Source of the DNA: a bacterium | Lineage (GTDB): Bacteria; UBA8248 | Direction of reading: 5' to 3' | Assembly: GCA_965219955.1 (NCBI GenBank) | Contig: OZ244799.1 | Location: forward strand, 2,752,001-2,816,000 | DNA: 64,000 nt | Shown here: positions 58,095 to 64,000 of the stretch, in pieces | How the letters are laid out: each line of letters begins with the position of its first letter | Numbering within the stretch: the first letter of the stretch is position 1 | Translations under genes and position numbers: made by a program | Notes under the pieces: model-generated | What the model was told of the DNA's origin: nothing | The model's database searches: none | The model's input: only the letters and a program-made list of their open reading frames with translations

Positions 58095-61000
58095 CTATTT
58101 GGCAGCCGAGCGGCGATGGCGCACTTCGAGGACCGGAAGCTCCCAGGCGGGCACAGCGACCCGTTTTTGATATTTCGGCTCGCAGTCCTCTGCCACGCGA
58201 AATACCATCCCGAGGACGCGGACTTCATCGACCTGTTGCAACTCTGGCGGCTGCCAGCTTTCCGCCGTGGACTCCGAAAGGCGTGCCACCTGTGCACGCT
58301 CGCGATCCAGCACGAGCACCTGATCAGTCTGGTTTCGTTCCAGCTTGACCGGGTCACCGGCTTGCAGACGATCCAGCGAGCGATGCATCGGGTGTCCTTC
58401 AGGCTTCCAGCTAGCCAGGTCAATGTACAAATCCCGCATCCCGAGCAACGTAAAGCAAACATCGGCATACCCGTCTGATTGACCCTCGGCGACACCGATC
58501 TTGCGGCGGCGCAGGCTCTTCATCTCAAGCTCTCGCACATATGGCAGCGGGTCGTCTTGCCGGTCCATCAACGCGAGCGTCTCGCGCGCTCGCGTCATCG
58601 CCACATAATAAAGGCGGCGCTCTTCTTCTGAACGGTTGCGCTGGCCCACGGATGCAGGGTGAGCGCTCCCCTTCTTCCACCCGCCGCCGAGCACGATGAC
58701 ATGGGCGAACTCCAAGCCCTTCGCCGCATACACGGTTCCGAGCAGCACACCGTCGCCAACGATATGTGAGTGGCGATGATCGGCCAGGCCTCGATGCAAT
58801 GACTCCAATACGTCGATCACGGCACAAGGTTCAGCTCCGAGCTCCGACTCGAGGCCCATCAGCATGCGATCTGCCATCGCCGTCCAGAACGAGGATGCAC
58901 CGCAAATGCTTGGGAGCTGTTCACGCAACTTCGGTATCGAGACTTCAAGTGGTTCCTTTTCTTTTAGGTTCGAGAGCAGACGCTTGAATTCTCGTATGCG
59001 ATCAAGCCGCGGCAATTCGCCCCGAAGAACCCTGCGGACCGGCACACCATTGTGCTCCAAGAGCGCTCGCACCGGGGCCAGTTCATCATTTGTCCGGGCA
59101 AGGATGGCGAAACTACCCCAATCCAGCGTCGGGTCGAGCATCCGCAGGCGCTCGACCTCCGCCAGCACAGTGGCCGCTTGTGCGCCGCCATCCTCTACAT
59201 CAAGTAGCGAGACGTGTCCCTCTGCAACAGTATCCCGCGACTCCCACTTACCACCGGGAGGATCGTTTGCGCGGTCTGCGTTCACCCGAATCGAATATCC
59301 CACCTTCATGCGGTCCCGGTTATGACGGATCAACGCGTTGGACGCGTCGATGATGTGACGCGTTGATCGGTAATTCTCGACGAGGTAGTGACGTTCGGCG
59401 CTGAACTCTTCCTCGAACTGGCGCAGGAATCGGACGTTCGCATCGCGCCACTCGTAGATGCTCTGGTCGTCGTCGCCCACGGCGAGGATGGTCGCGCATC
59501 GATCACGGTCCTCGTCCGCTCGCCGGGCGATGTGGGTGATCAGCTCATATTGCCGCGCGTCAATGTCCTGGTACTCATCCACAAGCACGTACTCGAAACC
59601 CGAAAGCAGCCGGTCTCGCAGTTCGTCCGGTTCCATCCCCACCACCTGCTCTTCGCCCCGCAGCCGGCGGTTCGCCTCGTCGATAATGCCGTCAAAGTCG
59701 ATATCTTTTTGGCCCGCCGCCTCGACCCGGTCCGCTATGGACCGTTCGGTCAGTCGCAGGGCAAGAGAGTGATACGTGTAGACGGCAACCTGGCGGGCCA
59801 GGTCGCCGACAAGGTCCCGAAGCCGCACCCGCAGTTCGTGCATGGCGGAGCGGTTGAAGCAGATTACCAGGATGCGCTCGGGTCGGATGCGCTCGACCCT
59901 CAGCAGGTAGGCGCATCGATGAACCACCACGCGCGTCTTTCCGGATCCCGGGCCCGCCAGCACCAGCAGATTGCGATCCATCGGCGCGTTAACAATCCGC
60001 TCCTGGGCGTCATTGCGCAGGCTTTCGACGATATCCGCATAGCTCTCCCGCGAAGTGGCCCGTTCGAGAGATTTCGGGTCGTTGCCGAAATAGTGTCGAA
60101 TGAACTCGGGTGCAGGCAGGCTGAAGTAGCTCTGCACATAGCGGCGGCCACCGTCGAGCCCCGCCTGTGCTTCCTCCACGTAGCGCCCAATCGCGTGGAT
60201 CTGACACACGCGTTGATCGTAGTGGTCCTGAAGAGGGCGGTAGTGCCGGCTGGTGTAGCGTCCCTCCGCCTCATCCGGAAAGCGGAGGGTCATCGCTTGG
60301 CGGAAGATCGACAGGCCCTTCTGGAGCTTGATGACGTCGTGCTCGTCCAGGAACAGGAGTGTCTTCTCGATAGCGTCGAAAGAGTCTCCAATCCGATGAG
60401 CCAGTCCGAGCTGACCGTCGATGCCGCGCCGGAGGTCCTCCAATGAAAAGAGCACGAGGCGTTCACCGATCAGGCCCTCCCGCTCGGCGATTGCGAGAAG
60501 AGCTTCGAGCACCGTCTGGCTCAGTTGGACGCGCAGGTCCAATTGCTCCTGAAAGCTCGCCCAGCCGGCTTGGAACCCCACATACAATCTGTGCCTGCCT
60601 CCACTCCTCAGCGTGATGAGCGCCGGTTGACCGAAACCCTCCCGCGTCCAGCCCCCGAGAAGCTTCGAGACACTGTCCCGGGTGATCTGCACTCCTTCGG
60701 TTCGAAGGCGTTCCTGCAAGCGAGTAATGGAAAGTTGCGCGTCGACACCGGGCGTCGCGTCAGGATGTTCAGCGCACAAAAGGTCCACCAATGCTTTCTC
60801 GACCCTCACGATATCCGCCAGCCGATCGAGAGATCGGCCCTTTGTCTTGTGACGCACCCACGCCGTAAAGTAGAGCCCGCTCTCCAGTAATCCGGCGCGC
60901 GTCATCTCGTCCAGGGTACGGAGGATCTCCCGTGTCGCGGTTCGATCCCTATTCGCCGTTTCTTGGCCGACACGGGACTTGAGCGACCGAAAAGAAGGCA

Positions 61001-63350
61001 GGTGGGCGAGCTGGTCGGCGTCAATCCCTTCCCGGAGATCTACGTCTTGCAGTTTACCGATCACCTCCAGCCATCGCTGTCGTACATGCTCCGGAAGGTC
61101 AAGACCCTCAATCTTCTTCTCCGCGGTCTCTCGGTCGGGTGCCGCCGGCACACCCTGGAACACGCGGGTCTGGTTCTCGTCGCGCAGCACGAAGCCCGCG
61201 CGCTCCAGCCACGAGATCGCGGTCCGGACCTTCGTGCTGGCGGATGACTCACGCTCGTCGAACGATACCTCGGTGTCCGGCACCCGGAGGATCTCGCCCG
61301 GCGAAAGCACTATCTCCTCGGCGTCCCGACGGCGCGCCCTGCGAATCGCTCTGAGAATCTGGGACATGTCCCGCTGGGTGAGACAACCGCGCGAGGCCAG
61401 GTCGAACTGGTTCTCGATATCGCCCTTGGCGAAGAGCAGGACACAGTGCGCCGACTCGCCGTCCCGGCCCGCCCGGCCAGCTTCCTGCAGATAGTTTTCG
61501 AGCGAGCCCGGCACGTCGGCGTGCACCACAAGGCGCACGTTTTCCTTATCGATGCCCATACCGAAGGCGTTGGTCGCAACGATGACCGGCACCTCGCCGG
61601 AAATGAACGCATCCTGGACCCGCTTCTTATCGGGCGGATCGAGGCCGGCGTGGAAGTGCAACGCATTCCATCCCCGCGCCCGCAGTGCCGTCGCCAGCTC
61701 TTCCGTTCGTTTGCGCCTGCCGGCGTAGATGATTGCCGCGCCTCGCAACTCTGCGGCCGACGGTTCCCCTATGTGCTCCGCAAGCAACTCGAGGATGCGC
61801 GCACCCTTGTGGGGAGTCAGCACTTCCTCCACCGCGTAGTGCAGGTTCTCCCGGTCAACCCTGTCCGTCGCGAGCACCTCAAGCTCTTGGCCGAGTGCCT
61901 CACGGAAATGCGCGACGATTTCCTCGCGCACATCGAGCTTCGCAGTCGCGGTGAAGCACGCCACCGGAGCGGGGTCGATCCCTTCCTCCATCGAGAACTC
62001 TCGAATGAAGCGCGCCGCATACAGGTAGTCCGGACGGAAGTCGTGCCCCCATTTCGAGATGCAGTGGGCCTCGTCGAACACCCACGCGGCGATCTCGCGC
62101 TGGCGTATGGCTGCCTTGAAGGAACGCGTCCGCAGTTGCTCGGGAGATACATAAAGGAGCGCGAACCGTCCGAGCCGTATCCCTTCGAGCACATCGTGGC
62201 GCTTGGGCATGGTCAGGAGGCCGTTCAACGTGGCTGCAAGGCTCCCCCCTCCGGTCTTGCGGTTGAGGTTCTCGACTTGATCCTTCATCAGCGCCTGGAG
62301 CGGAGTGATGACGACAGTAAGCGCTCCGGTTCGCTCGTTATGGACAATGGCGGGTAGCTGGAAGCAGAGCGACTTGCCGCCGCCTGTCGGCAGGACAGCC
62401 AGAATCGGTCGTTGTTCAATGCCCCGCGTGACGATTCGCTCTTGCAGACTGTCTCCGGCGCTCGTCGCCGGGGTCGGGCGAAATCCCGGATGCCCGAAAT
62501 ACGCCTCCAGTTTGCCGCGCGGGTCGTGATGCACGGAACAGTACGCACAACCCGGGTCGTCACAACGAACGCTCCGGACCGAGCGTAGAAACCGGGCAGC
62601 GGCCGGGAATGAGCGGTGTACCCAGCGCGGCAGAATGGACTCCGTCCCGGCCACCGTAAGCCAGGCGAGAGAGTAGGCAGCGGCCGGCCGGGTCGTCGGG
62701 TCGCCCAGAAGAGACGGGAGTTCGCGGTGGATCGCGGCGGGACACGCCTTCTCACGAGAGAAGTACTCGAAGCCGTTGAGCACACGATCGCGTGACAGCC
62801 GCCGGGCACCGAGAGCTTCCAGAAAGTCGCCAGTCCCGTTCAGGTTGAGAGCCGAGACACTGCCGGGAGCATCGGAGTCGTCGAAGCAACTGCGGTAGAT
62901 GGACACGAGACCCGGCTGCTGGCGCTCCTGCTTCTCCAGGATGGCCCAGCAGTCCTCCAACAGCTGCAGCGCGAGACGGCAATCAGCGACGGGATCACTC
63001 CGTACCGCCCCGACTAGCTTGTAATCCTTGACCAGGGGGTGATACGGCCTTTGTGGACGCGCCAGCGGCGCCAGATAGAGCGTGTCTACGACGGGCAGGT
63101 CGAGGAGCGGGGACCCCGGCAAGTGGGTCTCGATGAATCGTCTATCGTGGGCGACGATGTTGTGCCCCACAACGAAATCGGCCCCGTCCGCGAAAGCGCT
63201 GAGTTGTTGGACCGCGTCACTCGACGACTCTGCATCGCGGATTCGCAACTCTCTGTCCCCTCGCAGCGCACCGACGTCCCGGATCCGGCCGTCAGCGCCG
63301 ACTTCGAGATCCAGTACGACGCACTTCTCGATAAAAGCTTTAAAAGACAC
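58095..63350 (-). CDS. Fusion of DEDD-like exonuclease, RecQ helicase and UvrD-like helicase (1751 aa)
   Basis: Exonuclease: LDLEV, VGHN, VDTL. RecQ: PTGGGKSLCFQLP, DEAHC, ATNAFGMGIDK, QEAGRAGRDG. UvrD: AGPGSGKT, VDEYQD, VGDDDQ, EERRLYYVAMTRAR. Confidence 0.9.
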   Translation of the reverse strand: MSFKAFIEKCVVLDLEVGADGRIRDVGALRGDRELRIRDAESSSDAVQQLSAFADGADFVVGHNIVAHDRRFIETHLPGSPLLDLPVVDTLYLAPLARPQRPYHPLVKDYKLVGAVRSDPVADCRLALQLLEDCWAILEKQERQQPGLVSIYRSCFDDSDAPGSVSALNLNGTGDFLEALGARRLSRDRVLNGFEYFSREKACPAAIHRELPSLLGDPTTRPAAAYSLAWLTVAGTESILPRWVHRSFPAAARFLRSVRSVRCDDPGCAYCSVHHDPRGKLEAYFGHPGFRPTPATSAGDSLQERIVTRGIEQRPILAVLPTGGGKSLCFQLPAIVHNERTGALTVVITPLQALMKDQVENLNRKTGGGSLAATLNGLLTMPKRHDVLEGIRLGRFALLYVSPEQLRTRSFKAAIRQREIAAWVFDEAHCISKWGHDFRPDYLYAARFIREFSMEEGIDPAPVACFTATAKLDVREEIVAHFREALGQELEVLATDRVDRENLHYAVEEVLTPHKGARILELLAEHIGEPSAAELRGAAIIYAGRRKRTEELATALRARGWNALHFHAGLDPPDKKRVQDAFISGEVPVIVATNAFGMGIDKENVRLVVHADVPGSLENYLQEAGRAGRDGESAHCVLLFAKGDIENQFDLASRGCLTQRDMSQILRAIRRARRRDAEEIVLSPGEILRVPDTEVSFDERESSASTKVRTAISWLERAGFVLRDENQTRVFQGVPAAPDRETAEKKIEGLDLPEHVRQRWLEVIGKLQDVDLREGIDADQLAHLPSFRSLKSRVGQETANRDRTATREILRTLDEMTRAGLLESGLYFTAWVRHKTKGRSLDRLADIVRVEKALVDLLCAEHPDATPGVDAQLSITRLQERLRTEGVQITRDSVSKLLGGWTREGFGQPALITLRSGGRHRLYVGFQAGWASFQEQLDLRVQLSQTVLEALLAIAEREGLIGERLVLFSLEDLRRGIDGQLGLAHRIGDSFDAIEKTLLFLDEHDVIKLQKGLSIFRQAMTLRFPDEAEGRYTSRHYRPLQDHYDQRVCQIHAIGRYVEEAQAGLDGGRRYVQSYFSLPAPEFIRHYFGNDPKSLERATSRESYADIVESLRNDAQERIVNAPMDRNLLVLAGPGSGKTRVVVHRCAYLLRVERIRPERILVICFNRSAMHELRVRLRDLVGDLARQVAVYTYHSLALRLTERSIADRVEAAGQKDIDFDGIIDEANRRLRGEEQVVGMEPDELRDRLLSGFEYVLVDEYQDIDARQYELITHIARRADEDRDRCATILAVGDDDQSIYEWRDANVRFLRQFEEEFSAERHYLVENYRSTRHIIDASNALIRHNRDRMKVGYSIRVNADRANDPPGGKWESRDTVAEGHVSLLDVEDGGAQAATVLAEVERLRMLDPTLDWGSFAILARTNDELAPVRALLEHNGVPVRRVLRGELPRLDRIREFKRLLSNLKEKEPLEVSIPKLREQLPSICGASSFWTAMADRMLMGLESELGAEPCAVIDVLESLHRGLADHRHSHIVGDGVLLGTVYAAKGLEFAHVIVLGGGWKKGSAHPASVGQRNRSEEERRLYYVAMTRARETLALMDRQDDPLPYVRELEMKSLRRRKIGVAEGQSDGYADVCFTLLGMRDLYIDLASWKPEGHPMHRSLDRLQAGDPVKLERNQTDQVLVLDRERAQVARLSESTAESWQPPELQQVDEVRVLGMVFRVAEDCEPKYQKRVAVPAWELPVLEVRHRRSAAK

Positions 63351-63472
63351 GGCTTGCGCGACCGCCTTTCAAGATGCTGTTGGGCTAAGAACTCGGGCAG
63401 GAGAGCGTCGAAGCAGTTCCTGTTCACTCCGTAAACGCAAAACGCAGATTATGATCATGACTACCAAACACC

Positions 63473-63566
63473 ATCTGGGCGGTCAAGGACATAGAGATGT
63501 TGAGCCTATCGTGCCCAGTCGATCCCGAGTCCTTCCAGGCGGTGCTCGAAGCTAAGTTCTTGACGG
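63473..63566 (+). pseudogene. Degenerate relaxase N-terminal fragment
   Basis: WAVKDIEMLSLSCPVDPESFQAVLE aligns with WAGRGAEDLGLTGPVDPEVFKAVLE of the intact relaxase. Confidence 0.55.
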
Positions 63567-63887
63567 ACCACAGCACGACAAGCGAAACAAGACGGGTGTG
63601 GAGTGATAAAAATAATTGCGAATGGCCTGATCCCCTGGGTTCCTCGCCCTTTTATGCCTTGGAAATTCCCTCTATTTTCTAAGGCATTCAGTAATTTTTG
63701 TCTCAGTTTCCAATTATTTTTGTTTCCCAACAACGGTCGTGTTGCCAACCCTGCGATAGACGATATCTCAGTACTGGCAGGGCAGAACGAACCCCTGGAA
63801 CACGCGGACCTCAATCACCTCCAGGTCATCTGTTACACGCTCCCGCTTGTTCTCCGGAAAAGATAGCGGAGCGATCTTTTGGATCTC

Positions 63888-64000
63888 CGTGCCCATGACG
63901 TGGAGTTAAAAACCGTGTTTCGTCAGGTCGATGCCTATAATGTGGATTTGTTCCATGGACAAACCTCCTTCCGGGTGGTAACGACACCACCTCACCATAG
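63888..64000 (-). pseudogene. IS110-family transposase 5' remnant
   Basis: AAGGAGG RBS, ATG at 63956, MEQIHIIGIDLTKHGF*LH (GID motif) with an in-frame stop. Confidence 0.6.

Noticed and set aside
1-64000. tRNA/rRNA genes, T4SS (virB) genes, replication initiator
   Set aside because: None recognised in the window.

Overview
This window holds two related copies of a GC-rich integrative mobilizable element (IME), one nested inside the other in opposite orientation. The inner element (~31.6 kb, 2962-34578) carries a tyrosine integrase and is bounded by a 13-bp direct repeat (ACATGTTTGAGAA). That repeat splits the outer element's ssb gene into halves at 2766-2974 and 34566-34810 that rejoin in frame. 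Both copies share one backbone: TraD-like coupling protein plus MOBF (TraI/TrwC) relaxase, an RHH protein beside an F-plasmid-like nic site (TGCGTGGGGTGT), and a leading region. The leading region encodes DUF2493/SLOG, DUF4326, ssb, a 41-43 aa acidic peptide, a four-zinc-finger protein and a ~100 aa protein, and contains a covarying Frpo-like ssDNA promoter hairpin. No mating-pore (T4SS) genes are visible. Three variable slots carry mostly defence-type cargo. Inner element: SIR2-like protein, paired ATPase plus ATPase-TPR, type IIG R-M, UvrD/HelD-nuclease, lipoproteins. Outer element: SNF2/DUF1016/DUF1156/nuclease/DUF499 restriction-like operon and an exonuclease-RecQ-UvrD fusion. IS256, IS110, excisionase and relaxase remnants are also present. 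All family calls come from motif recognition by eye, without database searches.
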